64,000 nt of DNA from the human T2T-CHM13v2.0 reference genome, Homo sapiens. The stretch lies in the NCBI RefSeq assembly GCF_009914755.1, contig NC_060932.1. One strand, 5' to 3'. This document shows, one piece after another, positions 28,491 to 43,435 of this stretch. The notes beneath the pieces were generated by a model, which made no database searches, was not told where the DNA came from, and saw nothing but the letters and a program-made list of their open reading frames with translations. Made by a program: the position numbers and the translations under genes. The stretch's first letter is position 1; every line of letters begins with the position of its first letter.

Positions 28491-30950
28491 GATCCTGCCC
28501 AATTGCCTCGGAAGCCCCCTAGAACATCACCGACGCTGAGCTTCAGGTAACTCTCACAGTGGAGGGTAAGTCCGTCCCCTTCTTAGTCAATACGGAGGCT
28601 ACCCACTCCACGTTACCTTCTTTTCAAGGCCTGTTTCCCTTGCCTCCATAACTTGTGGGTATTGACAGCCAGGCTACTAAACCTCTTAAAACTCCCCAAC
28701 TCTGGTGCCAACTTAGACAATACTCTTTTAAGCACTCCTTTTTAGTTATCCCCACCTGCCCAGTTCCCTTATTAGGCTGAGACACTTGAACTAAATTATC
28801 TGCTTCCCTGACTATTCCTGGGCTACAGCCACACCTCACTGCCACCTTTTCCCCCAGTTCAAAGCCTCCTTCACATCCTCCCCTTGTATCTCCCCACCTT
28901 AACCCATAAGTATAAGACACCTCTATTCCCTCCTTAGTGACCGATCATGAACCCCTTACCATCCCATTAAAACCTAATCACTCTTACCTGGCTCAATGCC
29001 AATATCCCATCCCACAGCATGCTTTAAAATGATTAAAGTCTGTTATCACTCGCCTGTTACAGCATGGCCTTTTAAAGCCTATAAACTCTCCTTACAATTC
29101 CCCCATTTTACCTGTCCTAGAACCAGAGAAGCCTTACAGGTTAGTTCAGGATCTGAGCCTTATCAACCAAATTGTTTTGCCTATCCACCCTGTGGTGCCC
29201 AACCCATATACTTTCCTATCCTCAATACCTCCCTCCACAACCCATTATTCTGTTCTGGATCTCAAACATGCTTTCTTTACTATCCCTTTGCACCCTTCAT
29301 CCCAGCCTCTCTTCGCTTTCACTTAGACTGACCCTCACACCCATCAGGCTCAGCAAATTACCTGGGCTGTACTGCCAGAAGCCTTCACAAATAGCCCCAA
29401 TTACTTCAGTCAAGCCCAAATTTCATCCTCATCTGTTACCTATCTCGGCATAATTCTCATAAAAACACACGTGCTCTCCCTGCTGATCGTGTCCAACTAA
29501 TCTCCCAAACCTCAATCCCTTCTACAGAACAACAACTCCTTTCCTTCCCAGACATGGTTAGATACTTTCAACTTTAGATATCTGATTTTGCCATCGTAAC
29601 AAAACCATTATATAAACTCACAAAAGGAAACCTAGCTGACCCCATAGATCCTGAATCCTTTACCCACTCCTCTTTCCGTTCCTTGAAGACAGCTTTAGAG
29701 ACTGCCCTCACCCTAGCTCTCCCTGACTCATCCCAATCCTTTTCATTACACACAGCTGAAGTGCAGGGCTGTGCAGTCAGAATTCTTACACAAGGACCAG
29801 GATCGCATCCTGTAGCCTTTTGGTCCAAACAACTTGACCATACTGTTTTAGGCTGGTCATCATGTCTCCGTGCAGTGGCTGCTGCCGCCCTAATACTTTT
29901 AGAGGCCCTCAAAATCACAAACTATGCTCAACTCACTCTCTACAGTTCTCATAACTTCCAAAATCTATTTTCTTCCTCACACCTGACACATATACTCCCT
30001 GGCTCCTTCAGCTGTACTCACTCTTTGTTGAGTCTCCCACAATTACCATTCTTCCTGGCGCAGACTTCAATCCAGCCTCCCACATTATTCCTGATACCAC
30101 ACTTGACTCCCATGACTGTATCTCTCTGATCCACCTGACATTCACCCCATTTCCCCATATTTCCTTATTTCCTGTTCCTCACCCTGATCACGCTTGATTT
30201 ATTGATGGCGGTTCCACCAGGCCTAATCGCCACACGCCAGCAGAGGCAGGCTATGCTATAGTAAAAGCCACCAGCCCGCCTCTTAGAATCTCTCATTTCC
30301 TTTCCATCTTGGAAATCTGTCCTCAAGGAAATAATTTCTCAGTGTTCCATCTGCTATTCTACTACTCCTCAGGGATTATTCGGGCCCCCTCCCTTCCCCA
30401 CACATCAAGCTCGGGGATTTGCCCCCGCCCAGGACTGGCAAATTGGCTTTACTCAACATGCCCCAAGTCAGAAAACTAACATACCTCTTAGTCTGGGTAG
30501 ACACTTTCACTGGATAGGTAGAGGTCTTTCCCACAGGGTCTGAGAAGGTCACCGTGGTCATTTCTTCCCTTCTGTCAGACATAATTCTTCGGTTTGGCCT
30601 TCCCACCTCTATATAGTCCGATAGCAGACCGGCCTTTATTAGTCAAATCAGCCACGCAGTTTTTCGCTCTTAGTATCCAGTGAAACCTTTATATCCCTTA
30701 CGGTCCTCAGTCTTCAGGAAAAGTAGAACGGACTAAAGGTCTTTTAAAAACACACCTCACCAAGCTCAGCCACCAACTTAAAAGGACTGGACGTACTTTT
30801 ACCACTTTCCCTTCTTAGAATTCAGGCCTGTCCTTGGAATGCTACAGGGTACAGCCCATTTGAGCTCCTGTATGGATGCTCCTTTTTATTAGGCCCCAGT
30901 CTCATTCCAGACACCAGACTAACTTAGACTGTGCCCCAAAAAACTTGTCA
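28490..30950 (+). pseudogene. HERV-H pro-pol remnant (protease, truncated RT, connection/RNase H, integrase)
   Basis: Protease site reads FLVNTEAT (DTGA lost); RT VLDLKHAFFTIPLHP near 29250, with the YXDD segment missing; LALPDSSQSFSLH (track 29683); integrase-like DWQI and SSGKVERT; many stops and frameshifts. Confidence 0.85.
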
Positions 30951-31500
30951 TCCCTACTATCTTCTCTCTAGTCATACTCCTATTCACCATTCTCAACTAC
31001 TCACACGTGCCCTGCTTTTGTTTCCACTGCCGTTTACTCTGTTTCTCCAAGCCATCACAGCTGATATCTCCTGGTGCTATCCCCAAACCGCCACTCTTAG
31101 CTCTTAAAGTAAATAAATAATCTTTGCGGGCAAGGCTGTGCTGAACCTCCTTAGGCACTCTCTAATTAGATGTCCTAGGTCCTCCCAATTCTTAGTCCTT
31201 TAATACCTGTTTTTCTCCTTCTCTTACTCTGTTTAGTTTTTCAATTCATACAAAACCGTACCCAGGCCATCACTAATAATTCTACACAACAAATGTTTCT
31301 TCTAACAACCCCACAGTATCACCCCTTACCACAAAATCTTCCTTCAGCTTAATCTCTCCCACTCTAGGTTCCCACGCCGCCCCTAATCCCACTCGAAGCA
31401 GCCCTGAGAAGCATCGCCCATTATCTCTCCATACCATCCCCCAAAATTTTCGCTGTCCCGACACTTTACCACTATTTCGTTTTATTTTTCTTATTAATAT

Positions 31501-31513
31501 AAGAAGACAGGAA
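31501..31513 (+). promoter_or_regulatory. Polypurine tract
   Basis: aagaagacaggaa directly before the 3' LTR. Confidence 0.85.
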
Positions 31514-31928
31514 TGTCAGCCCTCTGAGCTCAAGCTAAGCCATCATATCCACTGTGACCTGCACGTACACATCCAGATGGCAGGTTCCTGCCTTAACTGA
31601 TGACATTCCACCACAAAAGAAATGAAAATGGCCTCTTCCTGCCTTAACTGATGACATTATCTTGTGAAATTCCTTCTCCTGGCTCATCCTGGCTCAAAAG
31701 CTCCCCTACTGAGCACCTTGTGACCCCCCAACTCCTGCCCGCCAGAGAAAAACCCCCTTTGACTGTAAGTTTCCTTTACCTACCCAAATCTTATAAAACG
31801 GCCCCACCCCTATCTCCCTTCACTGACTCTCCTTTCAGACTCAGCCCACCTGCAGCCAGGTGAAATAAACAGCCTTGTTGCTCACACAATGCCTGTTTGG
31901 TGGTCTCTTCACATGGACGCGCATGAAA
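31514..31928 (+). mobile_element. 3' LTR (LTR7 family)
   Basis: About 95% identical to the 5' LTR by eye; AATAAA at 31864-31869. Confidence 0.95.
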
Positions 31929-33678
31929 ATGACACCCATTAGGATGGCTATAATCTAGCAAAAAAAAGAAATACAGAAAATAGAATGTTTTTGTTAAAAA
32001 TAACATGTTGGTGGAGAAATTGAACCTTGTGCACTGTTGGTAGGAATGTAAAAGGGTATAGCCACTGGCCACTGTGGAACACACTACTGTGGTTCCTCAA
32101 AATTAAAAATAAAATTAATATATGATCCAGCAATTCTACTTCTGGGAATATAATCAAAAGATGGACAGCAGTATCTCATAGAGACATTTGTACACCCGTC
32201 TTCATAGGAGTACTATTCACAGTAGCTGAAATGTGGAAGTAACCCACATGTCCATCAATGGATGAATGGACAAACAAAATGCAGTATATGCATGCAATGG
32301 AATAATATTCAGCCTTATCAAGAAATGGAATTCTGACATATTCTACAACATGAGAGAATCTTTAAGATGTTTTGTTAAATAAAATAAACTACCCACAAGA
32401 ATGACAATTATTGTATAAATTTACTTACATGAGGTACTTAGAGTATTCAAAATCATGGAGACAAAAAGTAGAATGATGGTTGCCAGGAACTAGGTACAGA
32501 GGAGAATGGGGAATTATTGTTCCATGCGTGTAGTTTCGGTTTTATATAATTAAAAGGGTTCTGAAGATTGATGATGGTGTTGCATGAACAATATAAATGT
32601 ACTTACTATCACTGAACTGTACACTTACAAATTATTAAGATAGTATATCTTATATGTATTCCAGTAAAAAACATTAGAAAAGAACAACAGAGCAGTGTAT
32701 GTTCACATGAAAAACGGATGGCTCTTAAAAATGGAGGGTTTGTCAGAGAAAGACAAATACAAAATGAGATAGATAATGCAATTCACACAAAGCAAAAAAA
32801 ACTTGTAAAAATACATACAAATCAAAAGAAAACTATAAATAGAAAGATTACTTGTGAGAGGGATCAGGAAATAGAGTCGGGAAAGAAAAAGATAAAAGAA
32901 AATAAAAATAATTAATAAAAAACTAAAGTAATCTTATATGAAACAATAATAATATGTGCCATAAACTGAGACATATAATTAACTCAAACATACATGCCTG
33001 TATACTGAATAGTTAAAAACTATTTTTATCTATTGGTTAAAATTTGGGTGATTTCCTTGTCTCTTTCTCCTGTAGAAAGGTGGACTGTGGATGTTCCATG
33101 CTTAGAAGAACACTTTTTAGCCTACCTTGAGAGTCTTAGAAAGGGTTTATAGTCTGGATCTGGCTTCCCCTTTTCTCAATCTTTAGAGAGGAATATTCTT
33201 ATTTTTTTCCCTTGGAGCCATTTTCTATCTGACACCTCATGTCATCATCACAGATGTGGGATCCAGCATACCAAGATGAGGGCGTGAGCATCGGAGAAAG
33301 CAGCTGAAGAGGCTGTGAGTCCTAATTTTAGTAAGAGGTTTGAGGTAGGCTAGTTAAGGAAGCACACCACTCATGTGTGATACAGCCTGAATGTCAGAGA
33401 ATGAAGCCACTAGGGAATTTGATGCCAATTGCCCCGGATGACTAGCAGTGGGTGGAGGAACAGGTATACATTTGCTTGGATGGAATTCTACACATACACA
33501 TTTGAGACCTTGCTTCTGGGTAGGTGGTTGGTGGAAGATTCAGAGAATAGATTCATAGTCCATGTTTCAATCTGTGATGACTAAAATGATTATATTATAC
33601 AACAGAATGACAGTTGCAAGAAACAGAAACAAATCAATCTGTCTTAAAAAACAACAAAAAAACCCATTTATTACTTCT

Positions 33679-34019
<341 letters not shown>

Positions 34020-35689
34020 AACCATTTATTACTTCTATTTACAAAACTGGTGAATTGAAAGCCAAGTCTGGCCAAACCTAGAGGTTCGGGTTACATTGCT
34101 AGTCTATTTCATTTCACATTCCTTCACTTTGCTTTCTTCTCAAATACCTTGCACACAATGGGAAAGATGGCTGCTGAAGGTCCCAAGTCCACATTATACT
34201 GCCAGTTCACTGAAAAATAGTCTTTTTTGGCAACTATAAATAAGAACAATCTATTTAAAGTTCCTAATTTCGGAGAATAAGGTACATTGATTTGATTAAC
34301 CTGGGTGAAGTATGCATCTTTGTATGAGGGAATGCAGAAAAGAGCCAGGTATGTCACATTCAACCCATAGAGCATGGCTTTCTCCAATAGAAACAGGACT
34401 GTTTACCAGAAAAGGAAGAAAAAGTTTATCAGTAGTTAAATATAACAAATATTTCCAAAAACTGAATTGTTAATGTTATTTCTTTTTCTTTCTGAAAGTC
34501 TTCTTTAAGCCAGAAATCAGAGTGATCAAACATAATGCAGTCATGGCAAATTTCATTTTGACCATGACTTAATGGGGCAGTGATGGATAGAAAGATTCTC
34601 CCAATAACTGGAGAATAGTATTGGAGGAAATAATGTTGAAATTTTTCATACAAATATTGATTGAATAAAACAACAGAGTTTTGCTAATGACTAGAATTGG
34701 ATCATTTTGCCTTTTATTGAATATCTTTTTATTTAATTTCAGGAAAATTTAGAATTAATATCTATAACTACAGTTATATTTAATTATTCACTTTCAACTG
34801 ATTTTTTAAGAAAAGTGTTAATATTGTATGATCATAGCAACCATTTGAGTGACTACAATATGTCTAATACACTAAATTATTGAGATGCAAAACCAGCCAT
34901 TACATTGGTAATATTATTATTTTTCATGAAGGAAACAACTCATGCTCAGAGGCGTAATGAATCAGTTTCTCAAAATAACACAGCAGTAGGTACACAGATG
35001 TGATACCAAGTCCTGGCTTTTGCCAATGTAACCATTCTGGGTGTAGACAGTCAGATCTTTGTGTGCTAAATTGTATCTGCTCATTCATTTAACAATGTCT
35101 CCAGTGAACAGGTAAACTTGGAAAGGAATTAAATATAATTTATGCTGGTTATCCTATTTACCCCTTCTCCGCAAAAAGTCTCTGCTCCATTCTCCTCTGT
35201 TCTCTGAGTTGCAGAAGCCATCAGACTTGATCAACCTTCCACTTTCATTCAACCAATGAAAATCAATCAACAAGAGATTGGTGATCTACACTAATATTTC
35301 TTTGTCCATGTATTTTTTGCTGTTTTTGCAACAGTTGTGTCCCTCTAAAATAAAAACTTCTGCCAGGATGCCCTTCTTTCATGGTTTTAGCTTTCCGAGG
35401 GACTCTAGTAACATACTATCTTCTTCTTACCTCCTCAGGATGTAAGGGGTTTGCAAATTGCCAATCTCTTGGTACTTCAACACATTTTATGGTTCTCTGA
35501 AGCCTGCCTATAAGTAGTGCCTACCTTAAGTTCTCTTCTGAATTCCTTCTGAGTGTATCTTTCATCTCCTATTAGAATTTTGACTTATATATAAGTCTGC
35601 TAATATTGAGTGAGTAAGTTTAATAATAAATGCTGTGAGGATTTACACGGGTTAAAAAAAAAAAAAGAAAAAAAGAAAACCCAAACCTT

Positions 35690-36045
35690 TACTATTCAGC
35701 CATAAAAAGTGATATTTAAGTCCTGTTACATGCTACAACATTAGTGGACTTTGGAAAGATTATACTAATTTAATGAATCCAGAAACAAAGGCCACATATT
35801 GTACAATTTTATTGGCATGAAAATTGAAGAGTAGGAACATCAATAGAGACAAAAACTAAATTAGTGGTTTCCAGGGAAGAGGGGAAGGGTATTGGAACTA
35901 ACTATTAGTAGGTATGGAGTGATAAAAATGTCCTGGAATTAGACAGATGTGGTAGTTGCACAAAAGAGTGAATATCTGAAAAATCCTGAACTGTAGACTT
36001 TTCAATAGTGAATTTTATGTTATATGATGAATATCCTAATTAAAA
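35690..36045 (+). mobile_element. L1MB-like 3' end
   Basis: tactattcagccataaaaa..catgctacaacat..gataaaaatgtcctggaattaga..tgaattttatgttatatga. Confidence 0.7.
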
Positions 36046-36049
36046 ATAC

Positions 36050-37730
<1,681 letters not shown>

Positions 37731-38109
37731 TGAAAAATGGCACATAGAAAATCATTAGGCTGCTTCCTAAGTAATTTTCAAGGGTAGCATTGATAATGCA
37801 AGGTTTTCTTCTTTACACACTGACTTTAATGTAGCTATACTTTATAAGAAGTTTCTTTTTCTTCCTCCTTCTAAACACACACATACACACACGCATACAT
37901 AAATGCATTTTTTCTTAGAATTACCTGCAAGTTTCTATTGTCCTATTTTTATAACAATGAATGAAATTGAGTCCTACATTTTCCCAAAAGAATTAAACCA
38001 AAATTAGAATGTGGGATTTGAAATCAGGTTCATCTTTTACTAGATACTATAAATGGAAAGGTAACTATTTTGTTAGCCATTAATGTACATATGTGTGTCT
38101 GTACGTGTT

Positions 38110-38580
38110 TTAAAGTATAGGTTTTATTACTATTTAGGTATGGAAAAGCCAATAGGTCAGGAAATAACTATTTCTGAAAATACAATTAGACTTACAGATC
38201 CCAAAAGAAGGGACAATCCAGGTAATGGGAGGGCCATACAGAGAAACACCAGAGTTGGTCAGAAAGCAGAGGGGGTGAGGTGAATTTGCAACCAGTCTTT
38301 ATTGTGATTTCTCCAAGAAGAAAAGGGCAAGACAGGATAAGCAGGTTATAGACTGGCTAATTTGAAGATTTTTGACAGGCTCTAGGGCATAGAGGTTGTC
38401 CCTAATTGACAATGACCTGACCTGAGGGTGATTAATACAGGGGAATAGTGGCCTGGGGTGTAAAAACTTGATAAAAGAGGTGGTTACGTACATGGTTTAT
38501 TGGATTGGCTGGTCTGATATGAAGGGTGCACACACAGACAAGTTGTTCACTCTCTTTAGGAATTAGCTAGCCCTCAGGAT
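38110..38580 (-). mobile_element. Second MER74-like LTR, partial
   Basis: Colinear with 10325-10848 (ttacagatccca, ggctaatttgaa, ggaattagctagccc); ends at a (GT)n tract. Confidence 0.55.

Positions 38581-38581
<1 letters not shown>

Positions 38582-38615
<34 letters not shown>
38582..38615. repeat. (GT)n microsatellite
   Basis: About 17 units, read directly. Confidence 0.9.
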
Positions 38616-38622
<7 letters not shown>

Positions 38623-39193
38623 CATGTATACATTTGCATATATATATATAGTTATGTGTGTTTTTAGATTGAAAAAGAGAGAGTAATTTTTCCAATGGTG
38701 AAGCAGCTGTCTAAATATAGGAGCTGACCTAGCAGTTCCATGTCTAACATCAGGGCAATATGCTGTCTACCCTGCAAGCCATTCTGCTTGTGGTTTGGTG
38801 CTTGGCTTCACGGGGTGGTGAAGGTCTGGCGGAGTGTTAGTGTCTGGTGCCTGAAGCAGAGGATTACAGTTATTATGAGAGTAGAGTCCTCTTGCTTGTT
38901 CTGCATCAAAGGCTAAAAGGCTTGGAAAAGTGTCCTACGGAGTGGGAAGAGAAGGAAAAAGAACAAACTATGTTTCTTGGAATTATGACTTAGATTTGTT
39001 TTTAAATCATTCTGTGTTCTTGTTTGGCTCGTTTTATAAGTAAAGGAGCATTTTTGTTGCAGTGGTTGTTTTTGTTTTTAATGGCGTGCTTTCCACAGAT
39101 ACACTTTTCTATTTTAAAGGTCTGCTCTAGAGATCTGTCTGCAAATAGGCAAGATTCTAAAATTTAAAGCTAAATAAATTTTAGAACAAGTAC

Positions 39194-39257
39194 TACTTTA
39201 GAGATAAGAACATTGAAGTTAAGAAGTACTTTAGAGATAAGAACATTGAAGTTAAGA
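39194..39257. repeat. Tandem duplication with 33-bp period
   Basis: tactttagagataagaacattgaagttaaga occurs identically at 39194 and 39227. Confidence 0.92.
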
Positions 39258-39342
39258 GTTCCTAAAGATTCATGTTTGATTAGAAAACCATCTGATATTA
39301 CAACCCATGTATATGGATTCTTTCCTTTGCATCTTGCTGTGA

Positions 39343-39664
<322 letters not shown>

Positions 39665-40189
39665 TAAAAGTGTTTCAACATTACTTTGGGCTTCATGTTT
39701 TGTCCTTGGTCTACCACTCTTTCTTCAAAGTCTTTCATACCTCAAGATACATTGCCCTTGAAAGCCAAACCAACTTAAAGTCGTTGCATAAATGTATGGA
39801 ACGTTCCATAAATGTATGGATCACACAGTTCATCCTTCACCCTCCTGACCATCACGAACCCATCCATTTGTCAATGGTCATCTCAAGCATGGATCCTTAG
39901 AGGATCATTCCCTGACCCACCCTAGTCTAGATTAGTGCTCTCATTTTGATCCACATAATGGCCATATGTTATTGATTATAGAATGTTGAACTGGTGGATT
40001 TCTTCTTTCTCTGCTTGACTAGACTACACGTTCCTTGAGGGGTAAGTCACTGGCTCTAAAGCCTTTATTTTAAGGGCTTTCATACTATTTCATAAACAGA
40101 AATAGTGTGTTTATGTCTGTGTGGATGCAGGTGTACTTGTGTTAATGTCTCCTGCATTCAGGAATAGATAAACTATTTCCAAGCCACAT

Positions 40190-41230
40190 TTAAAAAGTTT
40201 GATTGGTGTGAAGTAGGGTCTAACTTCATTCTTTTGCAAGCAGCTATCCAGATGTCCCACCAGCAACTGGATAATCAGTTGAAAATAGTGTTCTTTCCCC
40301 GTTGAATGGTCTTGCATCAATTGTTGAAAATCAATTAACCATGGACACATGGCTTTGTTCTGGACTCTCAATTCAATCCCATTGATCTTTACTTGTACAG
40401 TAACACATTGTATTGACTGCCATTGTTTTGTAGTAAGTTTTGAAATCAAGAAGTGTGATACTCTGTAGTTTTTTTCAAGATTGTTTTTGTCTATTCTGGG
40501 CCTTTTGCAATTCCATATGAATTTTAGAATCAACTCATCAATTTATCTGAAGAAATCAGCTGAGACTTAAATAAGGCCTGCACTGAATCTGTAGACCACA
40601 TTGTGGGTATTGTCATCTCAACAATATTCAGTTTTTAAAGTCATGAACATTGGATGCCTTTTCAATTATTTAAGTTGTCTATAATTTCTTTCAACAGTGG
40701 TTTTTTAGTATTCAGAGTATATATTTTGCACTTATCTTGCTGCATTAATTTTTACATACTGGATTCTTTTTGATGCTATTGTAAATTGAATTTTTTGCTA
40801 ATTTTATTTTTGTATCATTTATTCTAAGTATATAAAAATACAATAGATTTTTGCCCATTGATTTTGTAGCTTGCAACCTTGATGAACTCATTTATTAGTT
40901 CCAATAGCTTTTTTAGTGGATTTGTTGGGATTTTCCAAATACAGGATCGTGCCATCTGCAAATAGAAATAGTACTATTTCTTCCTTTCTAGTCTGGATGT
41001 TCCTTATTTAATTTACTTGCTTAATTGCTCTCATTAGAACCTCCATCCCAATATTGACTAAAAGTGGCAAGAGAAAATAACCTGTTCTTCTTCCTGACCT
41101 TAGAGGGAAAGAACCCATTCTTTCACCATTATATACGTGATTAGTTGTGAGCTTTTTGTAAATCAGGTTGAAGAAGCACGCTTCCATCCCTACTTCCTGG
41201 TTTAATCATAAAGCATTGTTGAATTTTGTT
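40190..41230 (-). mobile_element. Old L1M ORF2 fragment
   Basis: Track 40111..40533 (ILKFIWNCKRPRI..K, LIDFQ) is homologous to L1 ORF2. Confidence 0.8.
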
Positions 41231-42094
41231 TTTTTATTTAGTTTTGCAAGTCTCATATACTGTCATTTGCATACAGTAGTTATTCATTAAGTAATAACTG
41301 CAAATTCATGTATTCATGAATGGATAAATACAATCAGAGTTAAGTGAAAAAGTGATTTCATTAGTGAATTAAAGGTAAAGAGAAATAATAATTATTTAAG
41401 TGATTATACTTTCTTAAATCTTAGTTCATTTCTTATACATAGTATAGAGAAAATGATTAAAATTATAAAATTTTGTGTTTTGCCAAGTTATTGCAGAATG
41501 TTGTAATAAACACAAAGCATCAATATTTGAGAAAGTATTTTTTAATAGGAGATGCTTAACTTGAGACCATCGTGGAAGCAACAATTTTTATCTGATAAGC
41601 ACTTATTTTATTTGCAAATCAAAGTTATAAAGAGATGGTAAATCATTAGATTTCTGTTAAACCAGTAAAAAAAAAAAAAAAAAAAAAAAAAAGGATTGGG
41701 CTCTGGAAGTAATAAGGTTATTCATTTAGAAAAGAACCTCCGTATTGTAGTTGTTTGTGAAGAAACTTAGTACTCTTGAAGAAAGCAGCCTCTGGTGAAA
41801 GCACTCCTTATTTTTAAACAAATTGCCTTTCATCCTTTATTTATTTAGAAGGCTTCTAAGATTGTCCAAGTAGAAAGGCACGTAGCTTCTCTTAAGTAGC
41901 TAATATGAGATGAACCCAATTACAGTCCAGCCTGACTGCAACTCTTCAGTTTAGAAATGCACATTGCTCACAGTAGCACAGAGAATGGCCAAGGGAAGAT
42001 TCATGTGCTTGCCTTGGTTGAAACAAGCCCATTGTTGTAAGGGACCAACTGGCTTCCATTTAGTCTTGGTGTTGTAGGAAATATATACCAAATT

Positions 42095-42245
42095 TGCTTT
42101 CCCTCCTCCTTCCTTTTTCTTTCTTTCTTTCTTTTTTTTTTTTTTTTTGCCTTCTTTCCTCCCTCTTTCTCTCCTTTCCTTCCTGCCTCCCTTCTTTTCT
42201 TCTTTCTTTGCTTTTATATTTCATACATCTCTCTCTTCTTCTTGT
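42095..42245. repeat. Pyrimidine-rich low-complexity tract
   Basis: Almost pure C/T run. Confidence 0.8.
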
Positions 42246-42662
42246 ACTTTATCTTTTCTATGAACATTTAGTGTCCCTAGTTAATGCATAGCCTTGTGCT
42301 AGACACCATGAGAAATAAAATAAAAAACTTAGCTATTAATCATGTTTCTCTTTATGGAATTAAGAAATATATGCAAAAAAGAAAAATGTCATCGAACAAA
42401 CATTACCAACTCTATCATAGAGGTAGTAACTGATACAGGAGTTGAGATTAAATGGTGCAGATGGTGGGGAGAAGAGTCAGAGCTGGGAAGATTTTCTAGT
42501 CACCTAAGGACAGGGACAACTAGACTTATGATCTAGTTGTCAAGGCTTGGATCTCAGTAGGTACAGCCTCCTTTCCCTGTCTGCTTCTGGAAAGAATTGC
42601 ACCTAAGTAAGATACCCTGCTTAGTAAACAGATAACTGGCAAATAGAAATTCCCGTTACGAA

Positions 42663-42792
42663 CAGGCTGCCATATAATTTATTTTCTAAACTGAGACACT
42701 TTTAAAGTGAAACAGGATTCTCAATAATTACACCAGGAAAACTGGCACAAACTGGGATTGTCCTGGGCAAACCAAGATGAATGGATAACCTA
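42663..42792. mobile_element. Small hAT-Blackjack-like element (MER94/MER81-like)
   Basis: caggctgccatata...gggattgtcctgggcaaaccaagatgaatggataaccta termini. Confidence 0.5.
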
Positions 42793-43214
42793 AGTGACTC
42801 TGATGGCTGATTTTTAATCTTTCTTTGGGAGATGGAGGAGGGGGTTGAGAACTGAAAATTTAATCCAATTTAATGACAAGTATAATATACTACTAGAATA
42901 TAGAATATATAGGATTTTGTTTTGTTGTGTTTTTGTTATATGTTTAAATTTCAGATTCTGTGATAAATGATACCTTCTGAGGAGTCATTCTCTCTCTCTG
43001 AGGGAACTCTGAATGCATTTTAAGCAAGACAAAACAGAAAATGCAAATGGGAGTAAGTTCCATGGGTCCAGGAAAGAAAGAGAACTCAACATCACTGGAG
43101 AGAAGTGAGTAAGAGAGCAAGTAATGGTCAGGGGCAGCTCCTGTAAGCCCGCTTCTCCTCCTCTCTTTAGAAGGCAGTAAAGCAGGGGGAAGGGATCCAT
43201 TTCTAGTGTCCTTA

Positions 43215-43435
43215 CATGAGTCCAGAGCCCAGAGTTGCCGCTCACAGGCTCAGTACCCTTGGACCAGTTGTTCAACTTCTGTCTACCTCAGTCTCCTTAA
43301 CTTTATGATGGAGAAGATAATAGAACCTACCTCCAGGAACTGTGTGGCTTAAGTGTGCTAATACATGTAGGTTTAGAATGTCATCTGGGCACAAAGTAAG
43401 TGTCTGAGTGTTCAAAAAAATGTTAGTGGTTTATA
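43215..43435. mobile_element. MIR fragment
   Basis: cttggaccagttgttcaacttctgtctacctcagtctcctt..gataatagaacctacctc core. Confidence 0.6.

Larger units (their letters stand above)
26061..31928 (+). mobile_element. HERV-H provirus, common ~5.8-kb pol/env-deleted form
   Basis: Two LTRs, PBS, PPT, gag/pro/pol remnants, and a perfect 5-bp TSD ATGAC at 26056-26060 and 31929-31933. Confidence 0.97.
20583..32670 (+). mobile_element. Near full-length old L1 (L1MB-like 3' end), interrupted by an MST-like LTR and HERV-H
   Basis: 5'UTR-like start; ORF1 remnant at about 21300-22250; long inter-ORF region; EN remnant from about 22830 (track 23217: IDYMLGHK..IFSDHN); RT remnant at 24150-24950; ORF2 end resumes after 31933; 3'UTR gaggtacttagagtattcaaaatcatggagacaaaaagtagaatg. 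Confidence 0.8.

Noticed and set aside
28490-31500. HERV-H pol/env as functional or domesticated genes
   Set aside because: Protease DTG and RT YXDD motifs are lost, stops and frameshifts are frequent, env is mostly deleted, and the longest ORF is 148 aa.
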